A DNA stretch of 63,770 nucleotides, filler included, from Basidioascus undulatus (GCA_000826855.1; 14 parts of 14 records of this genome joined end to end with filler, not necessarily neighbours in it); one strand, 5' to 3'; shown: positions 24,194 through 36,796, counted from the whole stretch's first letter. Numbers and translations: made by a program. Notes: generated by a model from the letters alone, not told the origin.

Positions 24194-26083
24194 ATGCGCC
24201 TCCTATCCAGCCCACTGCCGCGCCCGCGCGCACTTCCCTCCTCGAAGCACCCCCTCACCTTCCTCCGCGTCTTCTCCGCCGCGCCCATCGCGCCCACCCA
24301 TACACTCACCGACCCCCTTGCGCACCCTTCCATACGCGCCCTGGAGTCCCGCCTCGATGCGCGCTTCCCCACGTTTCGCTCGCGAGGAGACGAGATGCAG
24401 CTTCTCGCGGAGCCCACGGAGTTCTATCGGCTGTTGAGGGTGCGCTGCATCCACTTCTTCGTCCGTGTGCGGTAGCGTGCTCATTCCGTGATCAAACAGG
24501 ACACTATAAAAACCGCTCAAAAGCACATCTTCATCTCGACTCTATACATTGGGCCGGAGCAGTCCGAGCTTGTGCGTCCTCGTCTCTTCAGTCTCACTTT
24601 GAGCCGGCTCATAACCCAACCCTCACCTAACTCCTCCCTCCAGGTCGCCGCCCTCCACTCCCGCCTCTCCTCCGTTCCCTCCCTCCGCCTTACAATTATC
24701 TCCGACCTGAACCGTTCGATACGTGAGGCGCCCGCGCACTGCGCAGCTTCCCTCCTCGCGCCTCTCGCCCGCGACTTCCCGGACCGCGTCGACATCTGGA
24801 TGTACCGACCCAACACGGTGCTGGATGGTCCGCTTGGGCAGATAGTTCCGAAGCGGATGAGCGAGGGATGGGGTACCATGCACGCTAAGGTGTACGGGGT
24901 GGACGACACGGTCATCATGAGCGGGTGCGTCCCTAACATTCTCATTTCCTCCGTCTCTGGCCGAAATGCTGACGTAACGTTCTTACTGCAGAGCGAACCT
25001 CAACACCTCTTACTTCACCGACCGCCAAGACAGATACCTTCACATCCCGCGGCACCCCTCTCTCGCGCGTTACTTGCGCGCCTTCCTCGCGCACCTCACG
25101 CGCTTCTCCCACCGCGTCACCTCGACCTCCTCCCCTACCAACACCTCCTCGACCTTCTCCACCCCCTCTAACCCTGTCCCCTTCGATCTCACGTGGCCGC
25201 ATGCGTACCCTCCCACCCGGTTCTCCTTGATCGCGCGCGATGCCACGCGAGCGTTCACCGCTGCGGCGCGGGAAGCGGAGCACGCGCACATGGGCGAGAG
25301 CGACGCGGACACGGTCGTCCGACCTGTCATGCAGTCTGGCCCGTGGGGCGTGCGGGAGGAGGAGGAGGCCGTGGGGGAGCTGCTGCGCGCTGCGGACGAG
25401 GTTGAGGGCGGGCGGACAGACATTACGAGCGGGTACTTCTCGCTGGCGGATCTGTACAAGCGGCGCGTGCTCGAGGGACGCGGACGGCTGTCCATCATAG
25501 CTGCTGCACCGGAGGTGAGCCTTGAGAGCGTTCTGTATTGAGCACAGCACCGCGGTGAAGCTGGACGCTGACTCGGGGTGTCGGGGCAGGCCAATGGCTT
25601 CCTCGGTAGCAAGGGCATCTCGGGGCGAATCCCCGAGGGATACACGCACCTCGAGCGCAAGTTCTGGACGTCCGTTCGCAAGCTAGGGCGCGACGGGCCG
25701 GATGGGATCGAGCTTCGTGAGTGGATGCGTCCGGGATGGACATACCATTGCAAAGGTGTGCATGCGTTTCTTCACGCATATCCACACCCGTTAAACATTG
25801 GCGCGTCCCAGGCATCTGGCTATCCCCGCCAGGCGACGGCGACCCGTACCTCACGCTCCTGGGCTCGTCGAACCTGTCCGGCCGGTCTTCGAATCTCGAC
25901 CTCGAGCTGAGCCTGCTCATTTCGACGCGCAGCGAAGCGCTCCGCCAGCGCCTGGGCGAGGAGGTGCGCCGGTTGGGCGAGTGGAGCGAGCGCGTTGATG
26001 AGCGGACGTTTGAGAAGCCGGAGAGGAGTGTGAGCTGGGGGAGCAGGGCGCTGTTGAAACTTGGGGTCCAGGGGATGCTTTAG
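24194..26083 (+). CDS. PGS1: Mitochondrial CDP-diacylglycerol--glycerol-3-phosphate 3-phosphatidyltransferase
   Basis: Arg/Ser-rich presequence; PTEFY..IFISTLYIG..DLNRS..EGWGTMHAKVYGVDD..SGANLNTSYFTDRQDRY..ANGFLGSKGISG..WTYHCKGIW..GSSNLSGRSSNLDLE (PLD-like HxK motifs). Confidence 0.93.
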
Positions 26084-26609
26084 ATGGATGATGTCGGACG
26101 CTGCGGTTGTGTGCGTGGCAGTTCGCGTGCTGTATAACGCAGTCCCCCTTCATCAGCCGTCGTGCAGTGGAGGTTGGAGTCTCTCAATGGGGCTTCGACA
26201 AAGCCTCTTCAGGGCTTTTAGGGCATTCGGAGCTTGTAGACGGCGGCAGTGCAATGTTGCATCACCTCCTGGGGCCTGCATTCCCTGCAAGTCCCTGCAA
26301 GTCCCTGTCAATGCGCTTTGACTATCTCTGAAGCGTAGAGTCCTTCAAGTTGGAACCCACACTGTGACTACCAAGCAGGAGAAGCGAAAAAGAACGATTG
26401 CCCAAACACCGGCGCGGGGGTCCTTGATACTGGATCCGTCGACGGGACCCTGGCGGCCCGTACCTGCCGCTCTCCCTATTGTCGACTGACCATCCAGTCG
26501 ACCGTTCGGTATGCTGACCCATCTCCCATGAATGCTCCTCTTTCGTCCCCCCCACCATCTGCATAGGCTATTCACACACACGAGTCTGGGGCCCTCAATC
26601 GAAATCGCA

Positions 26610-28471
26610 ATGAAAGGCACCAAACGACTGCGACGCATTTCGTCTCAGGTCTTCGCCGTCTTCCACCGACGGTCCTCCTCTCGAGCAAGACCCCGCTCTG
26701 AGCCTCGATCATCCTCCTCAGAGCGTGAAACGTCGACGCACACACTTTCTATCAAAGACCGGGGCATTTCGTCGTCTATTCCGCACTTACTCGCACCAAC
26801 GTCGCCGCCCTCGTCGCTGCACCAGTGCCTCGCGCATCTTCCCCCAGAGCCCCCAGTCCCGCCCAAATCCTTTCTAACCCTCCCACCTCCCCTCATCACC
26901 TACATCCTCCAGCACCTCTCCCTTCTCGACCTAGCAATGTGCTCCACACTCTCCACAAAACTCGCGACCGCCGCGCTCCCGCTGCTCTACAAGCGCATCC
27001 ACCTCCGGACGGCCTACCAGCTCTACGCCTTCCTCGAGACCCTCCTCAACATGCCCGAGCTCGGCGCGCTCGTCCGGCATCTCGTCACCGACCGAGAGCC
27101 TCCGGGCCGAATACGCGCGGGCGAGCTAGACGCGTACGTCCCCGGCGGACTGCGCGTTTGTCGCGCCGCGGAGGAGGTGCGCGTGCGCGGGTGGGGAGGG
27201 GATGCGGCGGGCGTGTGGAGGGAGCTGAGTTGGATGAGGCACCTGAGGGTGCTGGAATTGAGGAATGTGGGTATCGTCGAGGAGCTGGGTGATAGGGTGA
27301 GTTTATTGCTATACAATCAGTCGTAGGCAGGCGAGCAGGCTGACACTGCGACGTGACTGCGTCCAATTTCACCCGGTAGCTTGCGCCTTTCTCTGCACTC
27401 GAGTCCCTCACATTGCAGTTTCCCGTCCTCCCACGAACAAGTAAGCCGTTTCACATCCCAAACCTCAGAAACACCCTAGGCCCTCTCTAACTGTCAGCTC
27501 TTCTCCCAGCCGACGCCGAAACCGACACACACCCCTCCCTCATCCCCTTCCTCGCAACACACGCCTCCTTCCCTTTCCTCTCTACCCTCACCCTCCTCTT
27601 CCCCACCCCTACGCCCGGCGCAGCCCTCTTCCATTCCACTTTCCCCAGCCTACTCCACCTCTCTCTCCATAACCTTACCTGTCCCTCCGCCTCCCTACCT
27701 TCATACCACGCTTTCCTCCGCCGCCATCCCTCCATCCAGACATTGCACGCCCCCCTCCTCCCCTCCGATCCCCTCCCGCTCTCGAACCTCCGCTCCTTCT
27801 CCGGCCCAAAAGAAGAATGCATCTCTCTAGGCTGGACGTACTCCCCCGCCCAGCCCGCGCTCGAGCGCCTCTGCGTCGCCCAGCCCCTCGAACTCATGCA
27901 CGACGCATCCGCGTTCCTCCTCGCTGTCGCGGCGCTTCACGGCTTGCGGACCCTGCGGGTGGAGCTAGGCGTGTGTGCGCGCGGGTTGGAGGAGTTCGTG
28001 AATGGACTGGCGGACGCTACGCCGGGGTTGAGAGAGCTCGCTGTTGAGTGGGAGCCTGATGAAAGCGTGCGTTGAGCGTGCAGTCCTCGTCGAACCCTCA
28101 GCTTTCAAGCTTGTGAAACTGACATGCACCTCATATCTGACTCACGACCCCAGATCGCCTACGCCCCGCCCTTCTCCCTCCTCCCCCTTCGCACCTGGCC
28201 CTCCCTCACGCACCTCCTAGTATCCACCGCGCTCCTCACCTCGTCGCACGCGCTCCCCCCGCCGGAGGACCTCGCGCTCCCGCTCGCGGGGCAGTTCCCC
28301 GCGCTGGAGACGGTGTGGCTCGCCCGCGGCGGGGCGGTGCAGTGCATGGAGGTCGTGCGGGAGGAGGACGTGAGCGGGGAGTTGGTGCTTGTGGGGGTTG
28401 ATATTGTTGAGGAACGAGAGGGGGAGAGGGGAGAAGTGGGGGAGCGGTGGGGGGTCGAGTGGCTTGTTTAA
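26610..28471 (+). CDS. F-box domain protein with LRR-like C-terminus
   Basis: FLTLPPPLITYILQHLSLLDLAMCSTLS F-box, LYKRIHL..AFLETLL..PELGALVRHL, then repeated LxxLxL segments; introns near 27297, 27440 and 28067. Confidence 0.75.
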
Positions 28472-28644
28472 CGCGTTTGGGCTGCACAGTGCTATACATG
28501 CTTGCATGGATAGCGTTCAGAATCAGGGTATATGCGATCAATGCCAAGCGTACACGAAAGTTCAGCGCATTGTCCTTCCCAACCCACCCTCCTCGCCCTC
28601 CATTGTCCAGCACATCTCACCAAGCACGTCCATCTCCTCCAACC

Positions 28645-29377
28645 TCAACGCCGCCCATAGAAGTCGATGATCAGCGGCTGCAGACACTCGTACTTGGCGA
28701 GCTTCTTCTTCGCAAAGCGACCGATGTGGATCGTGTAGTCCCGCAGCTTGCGGTGCGACCCATGGTTCTTCGCCTCGCCTTCCCACCGGCCAGGTCTGTC
28801 GGCGTCGAGGAGGAGCGGGAGAGCAAGTGTCAGGCTCCGCAGCATGGTTGAAAGAGATAAATTGGAGAATATGCGCACAGTCTTTGATGTTCACGAACAT
28901 CGTCTCCTCGATGAGCTTCATGCACGCTTTGGAGCTAGTCGGTACGGCCCCGAGCTCGCGGATCCCTGCTCCTTCCCGCCTCAGTCTGCCGTCCTCCCTC
29001 TTCCTTGCCTCTCCTCTACTCACCGTACTCCACCAGCAGCGCCTGCCACAGCACGAGCCTTTCCGACGTCGTCCGCCCATGGACCGTATACCCAACGCGC
29101 AGCGCCTCCTTCGCGAGCCGCACGTCGTCCGCGCTCGCGAGCGTGCTCGGGACGACCGACGGCGGACAGCCGCTGCGGCCGCTGTCGCTGAGGTTCAGCT
29201 CCGACTCCGTGTCCGAGTCCAAATCCGCGTTGGCCGCGGCAAACTTTCGCGGCTCGAAGTCGACGGCAACGACGCGCGTTTCTGGAGTTGCCTTGGCCCC
29301 CTGCGAGAAAAGGTCAGTGAGCGGACTAGAGCGGTGAGGCGCAGCGGTGAGGGCAACGTACAAGCAGGTGCAGTCAT
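28645..29377 (-). CDS. Conserved fungal hypothetical protein (5' end uncertain)
   Basis: Exons ERLVLWQALLVE / PTSSKACMKLIEETMFVNIKD / SHRKLRDYT..KKKLAKYECLQPLII separated by GT-AG introns. Confidence 0.5.
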
Positions 29378-30053
29378 CTGGTGCGACCGCTCTGATTGAC
29401 TGGGAGAACAAGGACGAGATCAAGATAGCAGCGTGAGGGCTGGATGTGCCGATGGACGTGGTTGAGTGACACGCAGCGGACTGAGCAGTGAGCACTGAGA
29501 GGAGAACGCGCCTGTTGTAACGCTCCCGCGACGCACGATTGAGCTACGCCCGCTCCAGCACCGGAGTCGTGGCGGAGCAGACCGCGGCCGGTGACTGCTT
29601 CCGCGAGACAGCGCGTTGCGGAGGGTAGTGCGTGCTGTGCCACGGTGCGGGAGCGTGTTTTGATGAGCGGTGTTCGGCCCGAAGACGTTTCGAATGATTG
29701 ACGGTGAAATCTTTAAATTAAACTAAGATGGAGATGTGAGCGACAGGAAGGACTGAGTGCACTTCTAGGGCGCAGAGGACGCTTGAAGGGGAGATTGGGC
29801 GAAATATCGGCTTGCGATCGAGTGATACTTGGATGTGATTGATTCGATTTCGAAAATGACATTAGACACCTTTGAAGGTTTCGAGTCGATGAGAGTGATG
29901 GAAGTGGCGTTGGAGATATCGCCTGGAGGTGGATGAGCATACTCCTCTCCGGGCGCTTCGCACGAGCTGAGACCCGACGTCTCCACTTCGCCTGCGCCTG
30001 CACCCCGCCAGCCCTGAAAAGGTGCCCTCTGCATATTCCCATTCCCCTCGGCT

Positions 30054-30422
30054 CTATGAAGGCTGCGCTTGCAGAGCAGGGGCCTCGCCAGCCTTCACCT
30101 TCTCCTCCTGCAACCGGTTAAACTCCTCCTGCGCCGCCTCCCCCCAGATCAGCCCCTGCTCCTCACGGACGACAAGACCAAACGCATACGCACCAAATCA
30201 TGCTTCGCCAAAGCCTCCTCCCGTGCCTTCTTGTGGTAGTAGAAGCCCGAGGCAAGGCCGTAGGACCCCCAGAGCTGGGAAAATCTCCCCCTCCATCAGT
30301 CTTCGCTCCCTCGCTATTCGCCCACCCTGACTGCCTGCAGGACGCACCGTCAGCCCGGCGAGGGAGAAGACGACTGTCCGGTGCGCGAGGTCGGCTAGTT
30401 TAGACGCGGTGCTGGGCGGCAT
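30054..30422 (-). CDS. COX14: Cytochrome c oxidase assembly factor Cox14-like, 3 exons
   Basis: Spliced MPPSTASKLADLAHRTVVFSLAGLTLWGSYGLASGFYYHKKAREEALAKHDLEEFNRLQEEK..*; a DxxHR motif precedes a single transmembrane helix; missed by the ORF track. Confidence 0.65.
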
Positions 30423-31062
30423 GGTGGGATCGAGGATTGTGGCGAGCAGGAACCGTCTTCGGTCCGAAGGAAGGCGAAGGCGTCCAGGGCGTGGGAATCC
30501 TGCCTGGGATCGGACGCCGTTCGCGCGTGTAAGACGCGTTTGATTTCGTCTTTCTTTGGCAACCTCTTCCATGTCTCCGCAAAATGATCATTTCCCCTTC
30601 GACCTGAACCGTCATGCGCCGAAGTCGCATTCGAATCGACGCTAGCCCAACATGAACGTAACCGGCACTGCCAGCGGGTCTTCCACACGGGGGCAGCTGT
30701 AAAGTTAAGTTGTGATGTAACTAGCAGTACAGCCGACCCAGCGGACTCAAGCGGACTCGAACTCCTCCAAGCACAAAAAGTCCGTCCCTTCTCCATCGTC
30801 TACCATCAATAACCCAGAAGTCACACCGTGGGCGACATATCTTCATTGACGAAGGACGAGCCGGATACGACCACGACGAGTCGGACCACGTCCGTGCGTC
30901 TTCTCTCTCCCGGCCTTGTCTTCTGATCCTCCATTGCATGCCCTCTCCGCCGCTCTGACGAATCTCCTCCCGCATTTTCCAATCATCAGAACGAATTCCA
31001 GACCGACATAGCTGATCTCACTACCACCACCGCCTTCTCTCGCTCTACCATCTCCCTGCCTC

Positions 31063-32493
31063 ATGACGACTGTGTTTGTTCAGCTTCCTCCATCTTCAGC
31101 AGTGTGCGAATTAGTCATCCTTCCGCATTTGCCCTCAGCTCGCTAAACCCAGAGGCCGTCAAAGGCAAAGTAGCCGTCATAACCGGGGCAAATTCCGGTG
31201 CGTCTTCCTTCCTCGCCCTTTACGTTCCCAGCCCCCAACTCACCTCCCCCCTGATCCCGCAGGTATCGGCCTTGCCAAAGCGACCTATCTAGCGCAGCAC
31301 GACGCCTCTCGGATCGTCCTGGCATGCCGTTCGCTCGAGCGGGGCGAAGCCGCCGCGGAGCAAGTGCGGTCGGCGGTCCCCGCGGACGCGGCGCAGCCGA
31401 CTGTCGTCGAAGTGCGGCGGCTTGACCTCGCGTCGCTGCGCAGCGTGCGGGAGTTCGTTGATGGGTGGGAGAAGGATGCGGACGGGACGAACGGGGAGGG
31501 GAGGGTCGACTGGCTGTTCTGCAATGCCGGCGTTATCGTGCCTAATGCTGAGCCGGGCACGACGGAGGACGGGTTCGAAGTGACTTATCAGGTGCGCTTC
31601 TGTGCCTTGGAACCTACCTTTTCTATTACTTCCGCTGCTTTGGATAACTGATACTGTGTAACGCGGATCCAGGCCAACTACCTCTCTCACCTCCTCCTCC
31701 AGACGCTCCTCCTCCCCTTCCTGTCCCGCGCCCCTTCCCCGCGTATAATCTCCACCACCTCCGGCGCCGGAAACCTGGTGTGGCTTGACACCTCCACGAT
31801 TGACAAAACGCGCACGACGCCGCTGCGCGAAGCATGGGTCAAGCGGGGCTACAACTTGAACTGCTTCATGCTGTATTGCGACGCCAAGGCCTGTACGTCT
31901 TCTCGAGTCAATTCTTCTTTTTCCTTCTTTCTTCCAGAGTTATCTGAAGGTTAACTGGATACAGTGGTCAACCTCACCACGCGCGAGCTGCAGCTGCGGC
32001 TGTTAAAGCACCCCAATCCGGAGTACCGCAAGATCTTCGTCGCAGCGTACCACCCCGGCTTTGTCGTGCGTCTCCTCATCGCCGTCTCCTCACTCCACGC
32101 CTTCTCTTAACACTCGCATCCGACTCTCTGATTGCAGAATGGGAACATGGCGACGGCCCGACCCGAATACGGCATCTCCTCGCTCGTCACCTGGCCTGCG
32201 ACGCTCCTCTCCCGCACGCTCGCACTGACACCCGAGAAGGGCGCGGAGACGGGTCTCGCGCTTGCTACCACTTCCGAGGAGCTGAAGACTGTGGCCGGAC
32301 GGTACTGGGACAAGGGACGCGTGGCGTGGGTTCGGAAGCAGGTGGAGGATGAGGAGGCACGGAGGTGAGCAGCTTCTTGTTTTCAGAGAGAGTGGACCGA
32401 TGGTTGATCTAGGTCCTATGGTGCACCGACGTCTGTAGACTGTACTTCGAGCGCAGCCTAAAGGATGCAGGAGTTCCCGAGGGGACGATCTGA
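31063..32493 (+). CDS. Short-chain dehydrogenase/reductase (retinol dehydrogenase/WWOX-like subgroup)
   Basis: GKVAVITGANSGIG, LACRSLERGEAA, LDLASLRSVREF, CNAGV, TEDGFEVTYQANYLSH, catalytic YCDAK, HPGFV. Confidence 0.9.
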
Positions 32494-32784
32494 CTAACGC
32501 TGCGTTGGCTGACGCTGTGAGACCAGCGGGAATGAATTTTGATGCTCAGCCGATTTTCACAGTGTATTAGTGTTTCTTTGATTCATAGTATTTGTTTGAA
32601 GCAGAAACAGATAGTTCACTTTCTTTGCCAGTAGCGCTTGAACGAACTGCCTTGGGACGCTTTGAGGACAGGCTTGCGCACTGTCTGATACGTTCGTGAC
32701 GCTTCGTGATTCTCGAAAAGGAAACAGTATATGCATGCATATATCCCCATCCCCTCGGAAATCAGTCATACACTGCCTTGGCCT

Positions 32785-34393
32785 TCAAATCCCCGATGAC
32801 AAAGTCCTTCCTGTGGTCTGCGTCGCCCAGGACTTGACGGTTCCACGTATGCGCCACGCGCAGCGCGTCCACTCGAGTCCTTTGATTGGATCCGACGGCT
32901 CCTTCGTTGGGTCGTACAGACCCAGTGACTGGAGGACTGGACTGGGTGCGACGACCATGTTGATGTCGTTGCCGGCCCGCACGAAGTAGAACAGGCCGAG
33001 CCGCGGAACCGTGGATTGACCGTCTGAAACGAGAGAGTGTTCGTAAGAGGGCTTTACGGACTACCAGAGCTACAGGTTGCTCGTCAGGTACTTACCAGAA
33101 GGGCGCACAACACGGTGGATGGTGGACTTTACATAGCCGGCCGTAAGGAAGTTGAGGACATCGGCAGTCTGCGACGTTTTGACTTGGTCTTTCGCGACGG
33201 GACCATAAAGCGATAAAGGATACTTACATTGATTATTACTCCTCCGTCAACGACTTGACACACTTCCACTCATTCTGAGGCGTCAAGATCTGCAGGCTGT
33301 CATTCAAGGTGTCGTAGTGAGCTGGGTCGTGGCTGCTGCTGGATGCAACCTACCCCGACAGATTCAAGAGGAATGTCAAAACACCGAAGTCGGTGTGTCC
33401 ACGAAGATAGGTGTTTTCGATCTTCTTGTGGGTCTCGGCGGAGTTGGCAGGTAACGCATCTGTGGACGCAGGCAAGTCAGAGCCGGCTGTCATTGCTCCC
33501 GAACGAGGCCGCTACGAACGTAGCGGAGGTGATCATCCGAAGCATTTTCAAAAGAGATGACGCTGAGAATAGAAATACCGGTCAAACTTAGACGACGGCA
33601 GATATTATGCAGGAAAGCCTGAACGTACCTCAACGAGGTACTTCGCAGGAAGGTCCAGCAGCAGAGCGAGCAACTCCAACAAGGGCGCAATGATGCGGGC
33701 ATGAACAGCCTTTTGGAACTTCTCGACCTCGCCCAAATGCGCCTACAGCGCAAGATTAGAGTGAGACTGTAGAAAGACACTTGGTCATGCTTACGTCGAT
33801 CAGGGCGAAATGAGGAAAGTCGGCCTCCATTACGGGCGTCAGCTTCGGCATGTTCAACCTAGACGGGAGCTGTAAGCTTCTGGGTACCCAAGAAATTTGT
33901 GAAAGGGTAATACGCCTCGCTGTTATCCTTGACGTTTGACTTGCCGATGGTTCGGGTGCCCTCCCTGAAGCCGAAGTGGCTGAAAAGACAGTCAGCGGAG
34001 GAAGATTGCAAAACGCCAACATACCGCAGACGTACTTACCAACGGTAAAATCACAGGAATACTTTCGCTTTTCTTCCAAGGACTGGTTAAAGAACGCATT
34101 GCCTGTGACAAAGCCTCGTGTCAGGTCCAATTGGACGTGGCAGGCTACCGTGCAGGCCTTCGAGCTCACCGATTGCATACTGCCGCAAAATGTCCTCTTC
34201 CGGGATGCCAATGTTGACAACCTAGAATCCAACTTCGGTGACAGCATGGCGGAGATCTTCGACCAGCTCGGCCTTCCGAGCAGGATCCCAGAACTTGGAG
34301 AGGTTGAATTTCCGCCAGTTCAGCCCAGTCGAGGTTTGCCGTGGTCTGAGCGGGGAAGCTCCACGGCGGAATGTCCGAGAACGAGGAAGGCAT
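32785..34393 (-). pseudogene. 2OG-Fe(II) oxygenase (IPNS-like) pseudogene
   Basis: TANLDWAELAEI then +1 shift to NLSKF..EVGF*VVN (TAG 34224-34222); DDHLRYMRY then a shift to LRGHTDFGVLT (HxD); STIHRVV and RLGLFYF present; at least three frameshifts and one nonsense codon. Confidence 0.85.
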
Positions 34394-35315
34394 TGCTTCA
34401 ACCCAAGATTCCTCCTTAAATGATGATGATTGGTGCAAGAAGGCAAGCCTCGGGGAGAGTAAGAGCTTGAAAATACGACGACAGCAGAAGACGTGCTGTT
34501 TAGGGTTCTTTGCGTGATTGAGATGACTGACGCACGTCGTTCGGACTCCCAATGGAGTGTGGGATTTTCTTCTTTGTACATATGCTACATGCTATTTCTC
34601 CTGAATTCCTCTTGTCGAAGACAGTAGTACCGCGAGTGGCTCTTCAAGATCTGCTTTGCATGCCGTGGTCTCGCACAGTTGCATGGATGTTCGTTTGTCC
34701 CAATTTGGCCCGGATCCTCACTGGATCAAGCCTGTTCAGAGGCCAAAATCTTAGTAAATTTCTCAAATTTACTCTCGTTGGCCTCAGGTTGCACGTCCTG
34801 GCTGCAGCCTTACGCTGGCTTACACTCCACGCTCGGCCGGTATGGACGCTGACAGTCAAAGCCTTCACATCCAGGACGTTTGAGGTGCATTGGAAGCAGG
34901 TAGGAGGCAGCTTGATTGAAAATGGCTAGATACTTTTCAGGTGAAAAGGCGGGATTACATGGCAAGAAGACAGCGACGACATCTTTGTACCGCATCAACA
35001 GCAGCTGTTTGGACATTCCTCTTCGGGATCCGGTGGCCCGGCAGGTCAAAGCCCTGGAAACAGAAAGGATGGCACCTTAATCTCACAGTCATTTACCAAG
35101 TCTGAGGCAGGTGAAGGAGCAACAAATGGTTCATGCGGAGTATCGGGCAGAGCACGGGCACAAGAACGAAAGCTGCATGGCGGTCGGTCACATCGGAAAC
35201 TGTGTTTGCGGCCCAGGCTTTGATCCAGTACGGCCATCTAAACCGTTTTGGTAAGCGACTGCAGGGACTACGATTGCCTCAACTGTATCCCCACTTACCG
35301 ATAGCTGACTTCGGC

Positions 35316-35516
35316 TTAGCAGCCGGGTGTGCAGCAGAACTGGGCAGGGTTGAATGTCGTTCCGCAGCAAACAGCGACGCAAAAGTCGGCACGAGGACCG
35401 GGGGTCTCTCCGAACTCAGAAAGTCCCTGAGGTGTGGGGATTGCCGAGGAGGCGGCAAGCAGAAGGAATAGGCAGTGTGCGGAGGTGAGGAGACGAAGGG
35501 TTGATCTGGCAGGCAT
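35316..35516 (-). CDS. Small secreted cysteine-rich peptide precursor (66 aa)
   Basis: MPARSTLRLLTSAHCLFLLLAASSA|IPTPQGLSEFGETPGPR-ADFCVAVCCGTTFNPAQFCCTPGC*: signal-like N-terminus, spacer, six Cys in the last 21 aa. Confidence 0.55.
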   Translation of the reverse strand: MPARSTLRLLTSAHCLFLLLAASSAIPTPQGLSEFGETPGPRADFCVAVCCGTTFNPAQFCCTPGC

Positions 35517-36796
35517 CGCTTCAATAATGGACGGTCTATAAGGGATAGGAGTGAACGGAAGAGATGCAAGGGAGATGACAAGCTGAGATGTAGGTGTTTG
35601 TGAAGGTGGCAATCAGGGGAAAAGGCGGGCTTGCTAGTGTATCTCGCGACGAGGCCAGTCACTAGCGTTTGAATCTACTTGTGCTGTGGCCCGAAGGTAA
35701 GGTGCGCCATGTTCACCAAATGGGGGGCTTGGCGTTGTACTCTCATCTATGGTCAATTAGGTCCCGTTGCAATCGTGAGCGCTTGGGTGGCTTATAGAGA
35801 CGACCAAAACGCAGTTGCCAGACGTGTCGGGAACGCGGGATTTCGTCCACTGGACCCAGTATGGAAGACTTGGAGCCTTGTTGGACTGGCGGAGATCAAG
35901 CAGACTCCCAGCTAAAACAAGCACAGCACACAGTATAGTGCAGCTTCACGGTGGCACACCGAGGTGCACTGCCAAGAAACAGCTCGAGGAAATCCAATGG
36001 ACTCAGATGCTACATAGTACAACAATCCCTCTTGATAAGAATAAAAAGTGTCCTGGAACTGGAACACGAAGAAATGGGCAGCAGGAAGGACAACAGACGG
36101 CTGCGGTACGCGGGGGTGGGGAACGGTGGCCGCGGGGGGGGCGTGGGTCGGAGTGGACGNNNNNNNNNNNNNNNNNNNNNNNNNNNNNNNNNNNNNNNNN
36201 NNNTTAATTAATTAANNNNNNNNNNNNNNNNNNNNNNNNNNNNNNNNNNNNNNNNNNNNACTTCTATCTGGCATGGTAAACGAATCCCAATCCCTGGCTT
36301 TCATCATCCCCACCCGCCCATGCCACCCTGCCCATTCTGCCTGCTGCCCCACACCACACATCTTGCTTCTTTCGCCAGTCGCCCTTCACAACCGCGCATC
36401 CGCAACTGCATGCTGCACGTCCGCCACCGGTGCTCCGCACGAATCCATACAAACACACACATTGTCACGAGCGCTGTTGATCGCTGGAAAGGTTTGCATT
36501 GCTCCCGACACGGCAGCTGTACATGCGCAAGCTTGAACGGATTGGAAGACGAGTAACCAACCGACCCTGTCCTTGCTGTATACGCAGGTTGACAATCCTG
36601 GCTTTCATTCAACGAGCGCGTTTATGATGCCGATGCAGTGCAGGAGTACAATGGTGAGATGGAGATGAAATATCACTGCAAAGTCTGGGGGAGGACGCCG
36701 GGACGGGCACTGCGATACAACGGCTGGCGATAGCGAGTCAGCATCTCAACAGCAAGGGACGGTTCGAGGGGAACAAGCGCACCGTAAACAGAACAT

